A DNA stretch of 64,000 nucleotides. It comes from an uncultured bacterium (GTDB lineage Bacteria > Verrucomicrobiota > Verrucomicrobiia > Limisphaerales > UBA8199). Below are positions 1 through 9,944 of the stretch, one piece after another. Below the pieces are notes generated by a model. That model was not told the origin of the DNA and made no database searches. It saw nothing but the letters and a program-made list of their open reading frames with translations. Where the stretch lies: the NCBI GenBank assembly GCA_963749495.1, contig CAVVMW010000019.1:256001-320000 (forward strand), read 5' to 3'. A program made the translations under genes and the position numbers. The first letter of the stretch is position 1, and every line of letters starts with the position of its first letter.

Positions 1-478
1 CCTCCAGCAGGTCGAGGATCTTCTCGCGATCGTCGAACGCATAGAGCAGCGGCGTGAAGCCGCCCAGGTCCAGCAGAAAGGCCCCCCACCAGACCAGGTG
101 GCTGGAGATGCGGTTGAGTTCCGAGGTGATGACGCGGATGTACTCGGCGCGGGGCGGCGGCTGGAGTTTGGCGGCCCGCTCGACGGCGCCCACGAAGGCA
201 TGCGTGTAAGTCATCGCCGAGAGGTAATCAATGCGGCTGGTGTTGGGCAGGTACTGGGCGTAGGTGCGGTTTTCCGCCATCTTTTCCTGCATCCGATGGA
301 TGTAGCCGCACACCGGTTCGGCGCGCATGACGTATTCGCCGTCCATGGTCATCTTGACGCGCAAGACCCCGTGGGTGGCCGGGTGCTGCGGCCCCAGGTT
401 GAGCACAAAGGTCTCCTCGGGCGCGCCGCTGGCCGGACCGGAACCGGGACTCGGGGAGATGGCTTCTTTGACAATCAC
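1..478 (-). CDS. nuoD: NADH-quinone oxidoreductase subunit D, 5' part (runs off window start)
   Basis: Manual translation of the minus strand gives LNLGPQHPATHGVLRV...RAEYIRVITSELNRISSHLVWWG; the GTG start overlaps the nuoC stop (GTGA). Confidence 0.93.
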   Translation of the reverse strand, partial: MIVKEAISPSPGSGPASGAPEETFVLNLGPQHPATHGVLRVKMTMDGEYVMRAEPVCGYIHRMQEKMAENRTYAQYLPNTSRIDYLSAMTYTHAFVGAVERAAKLQPPPRAEYIRVITSELNRISSHLVWWGAFLLDLGGFTPLLYAFDDREKILDLLE

Positions 479-1041
479 GCGGTGAAGTCCTTCCTAAGCG
501 GGTGATAATCCGCGTCCTCCGGCAGCAGGAACGGCGTCAGGTCCGGGTGCCCCTGGAAGCGCAGGCCGAAGAAATCGTGGGCCTCGCGCTCGTGCCAGTT
601 GGCGCCGGGGAACACGCGGCAGATCGTGGGAACTTCCGGGTTGTCGCGCGGGACGCGGGTGCGGACCACGGCGCGCAAGGGGCGGGTGGGATGGAAGTAA
701 TCATAAATGACCTCCATCTGGCCCTGGCCGATCCAATCCACTCCCGTTATCGTGTCCAGGGAAAACCCCTCCCGGTCCAGTTGTTCGGCCGCGGACACAA
801 CCTGTTCGGGCGAGATGGTGGCGTCCAGATGGAAGCCCCTGAAGGAGTAGCAGACGGCTTGAAAAGGGATCGACAAGTGCGCCAGGGGGTTGGGCGTGGG
901 TTCCTGGGCCGGGACGGGCGCCCCGGCAGGGATGGCTGCGCCGCCGGGCGCGCGGCCGGCAGGGGCGGCGCCCGGCGCATCGAGCCTGGCCGGGGCCGCC
1001 GGGGCGCCGTGGCTCTTAGGGTCTTGGCCTGTCTCGCTCAT
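475..1041 (-). CDS. nuoC: NADH-quinone oxidoreductase subunit C
   Basis: VFPGANWHEREAHDFFGLRFQGHPDL...HPLRKDF motif; start taken at MSETGQ; operon position. Confidence 0.92.
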   Translation of the reverse strand: MSETGQDPKSHGAPAAPARLDAPGAAPAGRAPGGAAIPAGAPVPAQEPTPNPLAHLSIPFQAVCYSFRGFHLDATISPEQVVSAAEQLDREGFSLDTITGVDWIGQGQMEVIYDYFHPTRPLRAVVRTRVPRDNPEVPTICRVFPGANWHEREAHDFFGLRFQGHPDLTPFLLPEDADYHPLRKDFTA

Positions 1042-1057
1042 CTGCAAATCGTCCCTT

Positions 1058-1576
<519 letters not shown>

Positions 1577-2217
1577 TCGAAAAGGCCTTTCTTCCACGCG
1601 TAGGCGATGACCAGCGAGAGGATGCCCACGAAGAGGAACAACTCGACCAGGTCCCGGATCGCGAACTGCGGGTCGTTATACACCAGGGCCGCCGGGACCA
1701 GATAGAGCACGTCCACCGCAAACGCCACGAACACCAGGGCATACAGATAATACACCGCGCTGTAGCGGATCCACGCGTCCCCTATCGGGTCTATGCCGCA
1801 CTCGATCGCCTGCCGGGTCTTGTTGGCCGTCTGGCGCGTCCGGCGCGGCGCCAGGAGGTGGACGACCACGAACGGCCCGAGCGCGAAGGCCAGGCCCGCC
1901 AGACAGAAGGCGAACAGGTATATGAGATCGCCATAATGGGTGTCATCCATATTGGCTTAATTTGAGAATAAGCCCGGGTAGGGGTCAACACATAAGGTGC
2001 CATTTACTCAACTTTTTTTGTCATGGCCAGGGCATAAGACTACCGAAAGGAGAAAAACCGAGGGTTCCAGACCGGCTAATGCGCTGGCGGGCAATGAGAT
2101 TCCATTTAGCGTAACTGATGCCGCGGCAGGCCTGGAATCCCGGCGAGAGGGCCTTCGGCCCTCTCCTTTTCCCAGCCTATGACGCAAAGCCCGGCAGGGG
2201 CAACGCTCATTCATCCA

Positions 2218-4890
2218 TCAATCCATCAATCTGATCACCTGCGCCTGCTGGGGTGCCAGGCTGACCTCCCAGCGGGGGCCCGCGCCCATTGCGGTCGCCG
2301 AGACCAGTTCCCGGGCCTGGAGTGCCGCGGTCAGGCCCAGAGGCCGGGTGTTGACTTGCACCACCCCGGTTTGGCGCTGGGCGGTGTCGTTGAAGAGCGT
2401 GAGATAGACTGTCCCGGCGGCATCGGGGCCGAAGCGCTCGATCCAGATGCCGGGGTTCTCGCACGCGGCCTGGGTCACCGGCTGCCAGCCGGCCTGGGCC
2501 ACGGCCCGGATGAGCGGGAGGTACTTTTTGAAGAGCGGCCGGTCGCGGTTATACCACCTGGGATTCCCCCAATACGGATTGTCGGCGGCGTTGTGGCTGA
2601 ACATGCCGGGCCACATGCCGTAGAAGAGGCTGCGCTGGAAGTAACGTTCGACCATCTCGGGGCCGAAGACATCGTAATCGGTGTTCATCAGCAGCAGGTA
2701 CGGTTTTTGGCCGAGCATTGTCCGCCAGAGGCTCATCTGGGAGTCCGGGGCGGGGTGGTACTTGTTTTCAGAGAGCCAGTCGGTCTCGGTGCCCATCACG
2801 TCCAGCCACGGGCAGAGGAAGGTGTAACGATAGGGCACGCCGTTGGCGAAGGTGAGCTTGCCCATGCGGTGCACGTCGTCGCAAAACCACTTGGTGAACT
2901 CGAAGACCGCGAGCCCTTTTTCGAGCGCCGGTTTGCGCGTGTCCGTGGCGAAACCGAGCGGCACCGTGGTATAGCGGAAATGCTCGCGGCGGAAATTCAG
3001 GTCCGCGGTGACATATCCCTCGAGCGAATCGAGATACTCGCCGTCCAGTTGTCCCTTGGCTCCCGGCCCGTAGAGGTTCTGCTTAATGGCCTCGTTCCAA
3101 TGGACGGTGGCGGCGTTGTGTGCCTCCGGGCCCCGCTCCTGGGTCTCGGGTGCGGAGGCAGGGGCGGAGGAGGCGCCGGGGAGGGCCGGGTTCGGGTTGA
3201 GGCTCCAGACCGCGCCGTTGCACCAGGGCGTGTCGCGAAAGAGCAGGCACGGCTGGCCGGTGTCGTCGCACATGGCGGCTGCGCGGCTGGCCAGGGCCAT
3301 CCGGCGCTCGCCCCCGTTGCCGTTTTGGGCGAGTTGGTCGCGCACCCGGAGCGCCTCGGGCAGCGTCCGGGGCGCGTCCTTGCTCATGCGCATCCACCAG
3401 GTCATAGGCTCCGTGTAGCGGAAACTCAGGACGCCGTGGGCGTCGTCCCAGGTGACATTGTTGTTGCCCTCGTGGAATTTGAAGGCGAAGTCCTGCCACC
3501 CCTGGACGGTGCTGATGTCCGTAAAGGGCATCCAAAGGCCCTGCTCGAGGGTGCGCACGCGGAAGTAGTCCGGGAAGATCTGCATCAGCTTCTCGAACGC
3601 CCCCCGGAAACCCCATTGCGGCTCGAAGCGGAAGAGCACAAAACGGAAATCCGCCGCCCCCGGGAAATGCTCCGTCTCGGGCGCCAGCCCGAAATCGTAG
3701 GCGATGTAGAGCTGCGCCAGGCCGGCGTGGCAGCCGACGCGGAATTGGGCCGGGTGCGCCATGTCCAGGGCAATCGCCAGGCCCGCCTGGGCTTGGGTTG
3801 TGCAAATGGCGGCCAGCGGGTAAAGCAACTGGGTCCCTGTGGCCCCGCAATGCACCGGCACCGTGTTCGCAAATTCGCCCGCTCCGGCTATCCGCCGCTC
3901 GCGGCGTATGTCGTCACCCCAAAGCCAGCCCGTGGCATCAACCGGCAGGGCGAAGACCAGCGTGATGGCCCGGTCGCCCCCGCGCGTATTCTGCACCCGC
4001 CCTTCCACCACGATATGGCCCGCCTCGGCGCGGCAGGCGCTTTGGAGCCTCAGCCCCAGGTCGGGGCTTTCCCCGCTGCCCAGGGAGTAGAAGTCCGAGT
4101 TGGCGGCCACGTCACGGGCCAGAAAACCCGAAGGCGCACTGCCGGCCAGTTCCCGGCCGCCGACCTGCAGCGAAGCCACGGCCCCGCCGCGCAGTTCCAT
4201 CTGCAGACCGTCCTGAGTCTTGAACAGAGCCGCCTGGCCCGCCGGCTTGTCCCTCTCCGCTGCGGGCTTCACCGCCACGCCCTGGTAAAGCACTGTCCCC
4301 TCCGCCGCCGTGATCTCCTCGACGGCCACATCGTCGAACCACGCCCTGCCCGAATGGTTGCGCAACAGGCAGTGCAGCGTGAGCACCTTCACCGGTCGTT
4401 CCGGCAGGATGACCATCTCCCGTTGCTCCCAATCGTGCGTCCCGGCATGGAAGTTGGCCGTCTGGCCCCAAAGCGTCGTGCCGTCCATGTAGAGGATGTC
4501 CACGTAAAGCGAGTAGTCATTGTCCGAGCCGCCGCCGACCTGCTGCGCCTTGCTCCAGCCGCGCACCATCAGCGGCGCGACGCTGGCGCGATTGAGCGTG
4601 AGGCTCTGGCTGGCGCCGGCCCACCCGCGCCCCTCGGGGTTGTCGCAGCGCAGGGCCTGGGACCCGTTGCGCCCCTCGCCGGCGGCTCCCGAATAGCCCT
4701 GGGGTGCCGCCGCCCAATCGCTCAGTTTACCGGCCCTCGACTGCTCGAAATCGCCGTTGCGCAGGAGCGTCGCCCCCTCGCCCCCGGCCGTGATCACCTT
4801 CAGGACCGGCTCGGCGCCCTTGGCTGTCCCTGCAACCAACAGTCCGCACCCAACCGCCAGGATGGACCCAATGTTCGTTTTCATCTTCAT
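2218..4890 (-). CDS. Secreted protein with carbohydrate-binding-like N-terminal domain and a putative glycoside-hydrolase-like barrel
   Basis: Signal peptide MKMKTNIGSILAVGCGLLVAGTAKG; LLRNGDFE...AWFDDVAV jelly-roll-like segment; aromatic-rich C-terminal half with YLDSLEG. Confidence 0.6.
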   Translation of the reverse strand: MKMKTNIGSILAVGCGLLVAGTAKGAEPVLKVITAGGEGATLLRNGDFEQSRAGKLSDWAAAPQGYSGAAGEGRNGSQALRCDNPEGRGWAGASQSLTLNRASVAPLMVRGWSKAQQVGGGSDNDYSLYVDILYMDGTTLWGQTANFHAGTHDWEQREMVILPERPVKVLTLHCLLRNHSGRAWFDDVAVEEITAAEGTVLYQGVAVKPAAERDKPAGQAALFKTQDGLQMELRGGAVASLQVGGRELAGSAPSGFLARDVAANSDFYSLGSGESPDLGLRLQSACRAEAGHIVVEGRVQNTRGGDRAITLVFALPVDATGWLWGDDIRRERRIAGAGEFANTVPVHCGATGTQLLYPLAAICTTQAQAGLAIALDMAHPAQFRVGCHAGLAQLYIAYDFGLAPETEHFPGAADFRFVLFRFEPQWGFRGAFEKLMQIFPDYFRVRTLEQGLWMPFTDISTVQGWQDFAFKFHEGNNNVTWDDAHGVLSFRYTEPMTWWMRMSKDAPRTLPEALRVRDQLAQNGNGGERRMALASRAAAMCDDTGQPCLLFRDTPWCNGAVWSLNPNPALPGASSAPASAPETQERGPEAHNAATVHWNEAIKQNLYGPGAKGQLDGEYLDSLEGYVTADLNFRREHFRYTTVPLGFATDTRKPALEKGLAVFEFTKWFCDDVHRMGKLTFANGVPYRYTFLCPWLDVMGTETDWLSENKYHPAPDSQMSLWRTMLGQKPYLLLMNTDYDVFGPEMVERYFQRSLFYGMWPGMFSHNAADNPYWGNPRWYNRDRPLFKKYLPLIRAVAQAGWQPVTQAACENPGIWIERFGPDAAGTVYLTLFNDTAQRQTGVVQVNTRPLGLTAALQARELVSATAMGAGPRWEVSLAPQQAQVIRLMD

Positions 4891-4999
4891 GATTCTGCCA
4901 ACAATGATTCTGCCTTCCCTGGACGGGAAGACAAGCCTGGCACTACATTTTGCAGCAGTTTGGTGATACCCTGAACCATGAACCGATTGGATTGAACCC

Positions 5000-5662
5000 A
5001 TGAACCAAGACCAGACCATTATGTCGAGCCAACGGTTGCTGGGCTCGCTGCGGTGGCGCTACGCGACCAAGTCCTTTGATGCCAGGCGCAAGATTCCTGC
5101 CGAGGTCTGGACGGTCCTGGAGGAGAGCCTGGTGCTGGCGCCGTCCTCGTTCGGCCTGCAGCCCTACCGTTTCCTGGTGGTGGAAGACCGGGCGGCGCGC
5201 GAGAGGCTGCTGGCGCATGCCCGGGGCCAGCGGCAGGTAGTCGAGGCCTCGCACTTCGTGGTCTTCGCCGCGCGCACGGCGGTGACCGCCCAGGAGATTG
5301 ATGCCTTCCTGGAGCACACGGCGAGCGTGCGTGGGATGCCGGTCGAGTCGCTGGCGGGCTACCGCGGGATGATGACCGGGACGCTCTTGAGCGAGGAGTT
5401 CAAGCCGCTGGCCCCGCAATGGGCAGTGCGGCAGGCCTATCTGGCCCTGGGCAGCCTGCTCACGTGCGCGGCGCTGCTGGGCGTCGATGCCTGCCCCATG
5501 GAAGGCTTTGTGCCCGCCCAGTTCGACAAGCTCCTCGGCCTGGCCGGGCAGGGGCTCACCGCGGCGGTCTGCTGCGCCCTGGGCTACCGCAGCCCGGACG
5601 ACAAATACGCCGCCGCACCCAAGGTGCGCTTTCCAAGAAACCTGCTGGTTAAGACGATCTAG
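5000..5662 (+). CDS. NAD(P)H-dependent nitroreductase (NfsB-like)
   Basis: LRWRYATKSFD, LAPSSFGLQP, GVDACPMEGF, ALGYRS motifs. Confidence 0.93.
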   Translation: MNQDQTIMSSQRLLGSLRWRYATKSFDARRKIPAEVWTVLEESLVLAPSSFGLQPYRFLVVEDRAARERLLAHARGQRQVVEASHFVVFAARTAVTAQEIDAFLEHTASVRGMPVESLAGYRGMMTGTLLSEEFKPLAPQWAVRQAYLALGSLLTCAALLGVDACPMEGFVPAQFDKLLGLAGQGLTAAVCCALGYRSPDDKYAAAPKVRFPRNLLVKTI

Positions 5663-5709
5663 CCCTTGTCCCAACCGCCTCGCTTTTTGCTGTTGACGCC
5701 GCGCAGCGG

Positions 5710-6744
5710 ATGACTAGGCTGCGCCCCATGAGCAAGACGAGCTTTCCAACCTGTGTTCCCGGCGCCGTGTCCGGCGCGTTAGCGAGTACCAATCTCAGAG
5801 CGTTTTGCCGCACGCTGGCCGTGGCATTGCTCGCGCTCGGGTGGCCGGCCCAGGCGCCAGGCGCGGCCACCGCGCCGGAGGCCCAGCCCGAGGCCAAAGC
5901 GGCCCAACCGGCCCCGGCCGCCCAGGTCAAATTGCTCGAGGCCGGGGCCAAGCCGCGCAAGGCCTTGCGCCTGCACCCCAAGGCCGGCGACAAGCAGTCG
6001 CTGGACTTGACCATCAAATGGACGATGGACGTCCCGCTCGGCGAGATGGGCAACCAGGTGATGAAAATGCCGCCGATGAAGATTTCTGCGGACGTAACGG
6101 TCAAGAGCGTCGCGCCCGGCGGCGATATTGCCTATGACCTGGTCATAACCGACTCCGGCCTGGGCGAGGAACCGGATGCCATGCCGCAGGCCGTCGAGGC
6201 CCTCAAGGCATCCATGACCGGCCTCAAGGGGCGCACCGGCAAGGGTGTCATGTCCGACCGTGGCGTCAGCAAGGCGCTCGATATGGACGTGCCGCCGGAT
6301 GCGGACCCGCAAATGCGCCAGACAGTCGAGCAGATGACGGAGGCCTTTTGCAGGATGGCGGTCAAGCTGCCCGAGGAGACGGTGGGCCGCGGCGCCAAGT
6401 GGGAGTACAAGGACAGGCTCAAGTCGCAAGGCATGACCAGGGACGAGGCCTCGAGCTACGAGGTGGTTTCGATCGAGGGCGAGCGGCTGACCGCCAAGAG
6501 CACCTCTGCCGACAGCGCCCCGAAGCAGAAAATCCAGAACCCCGCCATGCAGGGGATGGAGATGGAACTGAACAGCCTGTCCGGCACCAGCCATGGCACC
6601 GTCCTCACCGACTTGGGCAGGCTTTTCCCGTCCAAAGCGACCGGGGACGCCCACACCGAGCTCTCGATGGCGATGGACATGGGCGTCCAGAAGAACTCGA
6701 TGACAATGAAGATCGACGCGACCATCACCCTGGAGTCCAAGTGA
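5710..6744 (+). CDS. Secreted hypothetical protein (DUF6263-like beta-rich)
   Basis: 344-aa ORF with signal-like hydrophobic segment; LPEETVGRGAKW motif; start uncertain. Confidence 0.6.
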   Translation: MTRLRPMSKTSFPTCVPGAVSGALASTNLRAFCRTLAVALLALGWPAQAPGAATAPEAQPEAKAAQPAPAAQVKLLEAGAKPRKALRLHPKAGDKQSLDLTIKWTMDVPLGEMGNQVMKMPPMKISADVTVKSVAPGGDIAYDLVITDSGLGEEPDAMPQAVEALKASMTGLKGRTGKGVMSDRGVSKALDMDVPPDADPQMRQTVEQMTEAFCRMAVKLPEETVGRGAKWEYKDRLKSQGMTRDEASSYEVVSIEGERLTAKSTSADSAPKQKIQNPAMQGMEMELNSLSGTSHGTVLTDLGRLFPSKATGDAHTELSMAMDMGVQKNSMTMKIDATITLESK

Positions 6745-7059
6745 GCCGGGCCGGCGGCGTGACCGCTCAGTGAAGGCGGGCACAGTCCCCTGCGGACCCC
6801 TCACCCCGGCCCTCTCCCCTTCGGAAGGGGAGAGGGAGAAGCGTCCGCCGTCTCTGGAACTTCCTAGCCCGCATATTTCATAGCCCACCCGGCTTTTCGC
6901 GTTTCGGAGGATTTTTTGGAGACAAATCGGGCTGGGCGGCGCAGTTTTTTCCGTCTGGGCACTGATCAGGGCGCAACGGAGTCTTTAGTCAAACAAAAAG
7001 GCTGCCGCTGAAAACACCCCTCCCGTGACTCTTGAAACATCGACCCCATTTTTCTGCAC

Positions 7060-8507
7060 TTAGCCCGGGGCCGGCGCCAACGCCATCAGCCGCCGGTGGC
7101 ACCGCCGAAACAGCGCTTGCAAGGGATAGGCGCTGCACATCTGCACATAGACCCGGCGCACGCTCACGCGCACCTGGGCCGCGATTTTCAGCAGCTTCAC
7201 ACGCAGGCTCCCAGCCGTCGCCCGCTCCAACTCCGTTCCCGCCAAGCCCTGCGTGCGCAAGCGCTCCATCAACAGGTAAGCAAACATGGCCTCCCACAAT
7301 CGAAACTGATTGCTGGCCATATAATGCGTGCTCATCCGGTCGGCGTGTAAATCCAGCACTTGCTGCTTGAGCAGGTTTTCCATATCGCCCCGGGCGCAGG
7401 TACAGTTCCTCATAAAGCCGGGCCGGACTGAAGCGGCTCTGTTGCTCATCCTCATCCTCATCGTTCTTGAAGCCTTCGGCAGGCAGATTGGTCACCACAA
7501 ACCGTGGGTTTTCCCCTGCGTTCATCACTTCGGCTTTGCCGATCACCCGGCGCTCCCGACTCCAACTGTCGAGCGTCCGGTATTGAAACTCAGCGAACTG
7601 GCGCACGCTGGCCGCACCGGTCAGACAGTGACGGGCCCGGGCTTGAGCCAGGGCCTGCCAGCTTCTCAATTAACACCGAGTTCTTGGCCAAGCCCAGGCA
7701 ATAGTAAATCCCCCGCTGGCTCTCGCACCAAGCCATAATCTCCTGCCGGCCAAAACCGCTGTCCCCGCGCACAATAATCCGCGCCTTGGGGCAACGCTTG
7801 CGAATCGCGGCCACTATCTTCTCCAGCGCGGGCACCGCTCCGTGGGCTGCCTCGTGCTCGGCGGTGCGCAGTTGCGCCCATAGCGGGAAGTCCCCGACAA
7901 AGGCATAGAGCGGCAGATAACAATAGTCGTCATAGTAGGCGTTGAAGTGCCGCCCCTCCTGAAATCCGTGCAACCGATGGCCCATTGCGTCCAAATCCAC
8001 CACGATCTCCTTGGCGCGTTTGGGCAGACAGCGCACCCCCATTTTCAGCAGGCAGGCTTCCACCTTGGCTGGGGCGTGCGGCAGTTTGTGGCAGCGCGTG
8101 TCTTTGTTATTGGATAATTCCAGCCGGTTGAGTGTGGAGGGCGCCGCCAGCGCGATGCCCCGGTGCTGCGGCAGCACCCTGTCTTGTCCCAGCGGATCGG
8201 TCTTGCCGCAGGCGGCAGCCAGCAGCGGGTCCAAGCGCAGGCGCTGGTGATCCTCAATGTCTTCGTAGCCCAGGGCCGTTCCGAAGATGCGCTGGCGCAG
8301 GAGTTCCTGCACCGAATGGTTTACCCAGTCGGGGTCACGCAGGTCGTAAAAACATTGCGCCAGTTCCGCCGTCACCCCGAGGTTAGTGTCGACCTGGCGC
8401 AGCAGCAGCGCGCCGGCATCACTGGAGAGGGCGCCGCCGGAGAAATCGGCTTGCACACGGCGAGGACCCAAGTCATCAAAGAGAATTGCTTGATTGGCAA
8501 CGCACAT
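7060..8507 (-). CDS. IS1380-family DDE transposase, split over three frames (frameshifts near 7660 and 7400)
   Basis: ADFSGGALSSDAGALLL, LGYED, IVRGDSGF, NPRFVVTNL, CARGDMEN..K, NQFRLW, LRVKLLKIAA motifs. Confidence 0.92.
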
Positions 8508-8529
8508 GTAGTTAGTCTATAGGCTAGAT

Positions 8530-8751
8530 ATGAAAAAGCAAGTAAAATATTCACTCAAAGTGCAGGCAATCCGTTCCAAGGGGCAGACCCCCAAGCTCTA
8601 TGTGTATTTTCCGATCCCCCTGGCCGCCGCCATTGGGCTGGAGCCGGGAGAGCAGGTCGAGTGGGAGCTTTTGAACCGAAGCGAACTATATTTGGTGCGC
8701 CCGCACGCCCCGCCGCCGCGCGCTCGTCCCCGCGCTTTGGCAGTCGGCTGA
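8530..8751 (+). CDS. Small AbrB/MazE-like protein inside the IS1380, divergent from the transposase
   Basis: 73 aa; YVYFPIPLAAAIGLEPGEQVEWEL resembles the swapped-hairpin AbrB pattern. Confidence 0.6.
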   Translation: MKKQVKYSLKVQAIRSKGQTPKLYVYFPIPLAAAIGLEPGEQVEWELLNRSELYLVRPHAPPPRARPRALAVG

Positions 8752-9069
8752 GCGTTCGACACCCTGTCGGTAACCCACCCGCCATCCTGCCAGTGGTCCA
8801 GGCCCGGTAAATCCGGCCCACCATGGCGATTTCATGCCAAATTTCGCGATCAACTATGAAATATGCGGGCTAGGGTCTCCCTTTCCTCAAGATGCTGCGC
8901 ACAACTCTCCCTCTCCCCATCCGACTCGCCGCGCTGCCGCGCCGTCGCAGCGGGTGGGGAGAGGGCCGGGGTGAGGGGTCTGCCCGAGGTGCCGCTGCCG
9001 CCTTCCCTGATGCCTCCCGGCGGCCGTGATTTGCCTTGTTTGGGCGGGCAGTTGGGGTAAGCTACGAGC

Positions 9070-9771
9070 ATGGCGACACCTGCCGCACCCACGGTTCCGA
9101 CGGGAGCGCCGGCCACCGAGGTCTCCGAACCCTTGCTGGAGGCCGGGGACAGGCTCTCCCGCGATGAATTCGAGCGCCGCTACGAGCGCCTGCCGCAGCT
9201 CAAGAAGGCCGAATTAATCGAAGGAATCGTCTATATGCCCTCGCCGCTCCGCGCCACCAAACACGGTCAGCCCCAGATTTTCCTCTCCACCTGGCTGGGA
9301 ATTTACGCCGCGGAAACCCCCGGAGTCGGGTGCTTCGCCAACTCGACGGTGCGTCTGGATCTGGACAACGAGCCGCAGCCTGACGTGGTGCTGCTCAAGC
9401 TGCCGGCGCTCGGTGGACAAGCGCGCATTTCCGCCGATGACTACATCGAAGACGCGCCCGAGCTGGTGGTGGAAATCGTCGGCTCTTCGCGCGCCTACGA
9501 CCTGCACCAGAAGAAAGGCGCCTACCGCCGCAACGGCGTGCGCGAGTACCTGGCCTGGATTACGGGCGAGCAGCGCCTGGTCTGGTGGGAGCTTAGGGAA
9601 GGCGAGTATCAGGAGATCGCCGCGGCCGCCGATAGGCTGCTCAAGAGCCGCGTTTTTCCCGGTCTCTGGCTCGATGCCGGGGCGCTGCTGGGCGGCGACA
9701 TGAAAACGGTCTTGGCGGCCTTGCGGCGCGGGCTGGACAGCCCTGAGCACCGCGCGCTCCAGCCCGCCTGA
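9070..9771 (+). CDS. Uma2-family (DUF820) endonuclease-like protein
   Basis: KKAELIEGIVYMPSP, EPQPDV, PELVVEI, KKGAYRRNGVREYL motifs. Confidence 0.92.
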   Translation: MATPAAPTVPTGAPATEVSEPLLEAGDRLSRDEFERRYERLPQLKKAELIEGIVYMPSPLRATKHGQPQIFLSTWLGIYAAETPGVGCFANSTVRLDLDNEPQPDVVLLKLPALGGQARISADDYIEDAPELVVEIVGSSRAYDLHQKKGAYRRNGVREYLAWITGEQRLVWWELREGEYQEIAAAADRLLKSRVFPGLWLDAGALLGGDMKTVLAALRRGLDSPEHRALQPA

Positions 9772-9944
9772 GTAGCCCTCTCTGGGCCTGATCCCAAGGA
9801 ACGACTCGAAAGCCCGGGCTCCCCATGCCCCACTTTACCGCCGGCCTCGCGTCCCTTTTTGTCCCTTGCAGACGCCCTTCGAGAAGCCCCGGCAATTTTT
9901 TGTGCGGTTTTTGCCCCCGGCGCACATATCCTTGGTGACGGCAG

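Larger units (their letters stand above)
6868..8869 (-). mobile_element. IS1380-family insertion sequence, about 2.0 kb
   Basis: Perfect 16-bp terminal inverted repeats CCCGCATATTTCATAG (6868-6883) and CTATGAAATATGCGGG (8854-8869), each flanked by CTAG; encloses the transposase. Confidence 0.93.
6767..9010. repeat. Family A palindromic element (CCCCTCACCCCGGCCCTCTCCCC...GGGGAGAGGG) split into two halves by the IS1380 insertion
   Basis: 6767-6867 joined to 8874-9010 aligns to the reverse complement of the intact copy at 50958-51198. Confidence 0.88.

Noticed and set aside
2179..4974. 931-aa plus-strand ORF and other long antisense ORFs (e.g. 26795..28816, 28892..30730, 38119..40206, 49322..51382, 62360..63961)
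   Set aside because: Shadow ORFs opposite well-supported genes in high-GC DNA; no recognisable motifs
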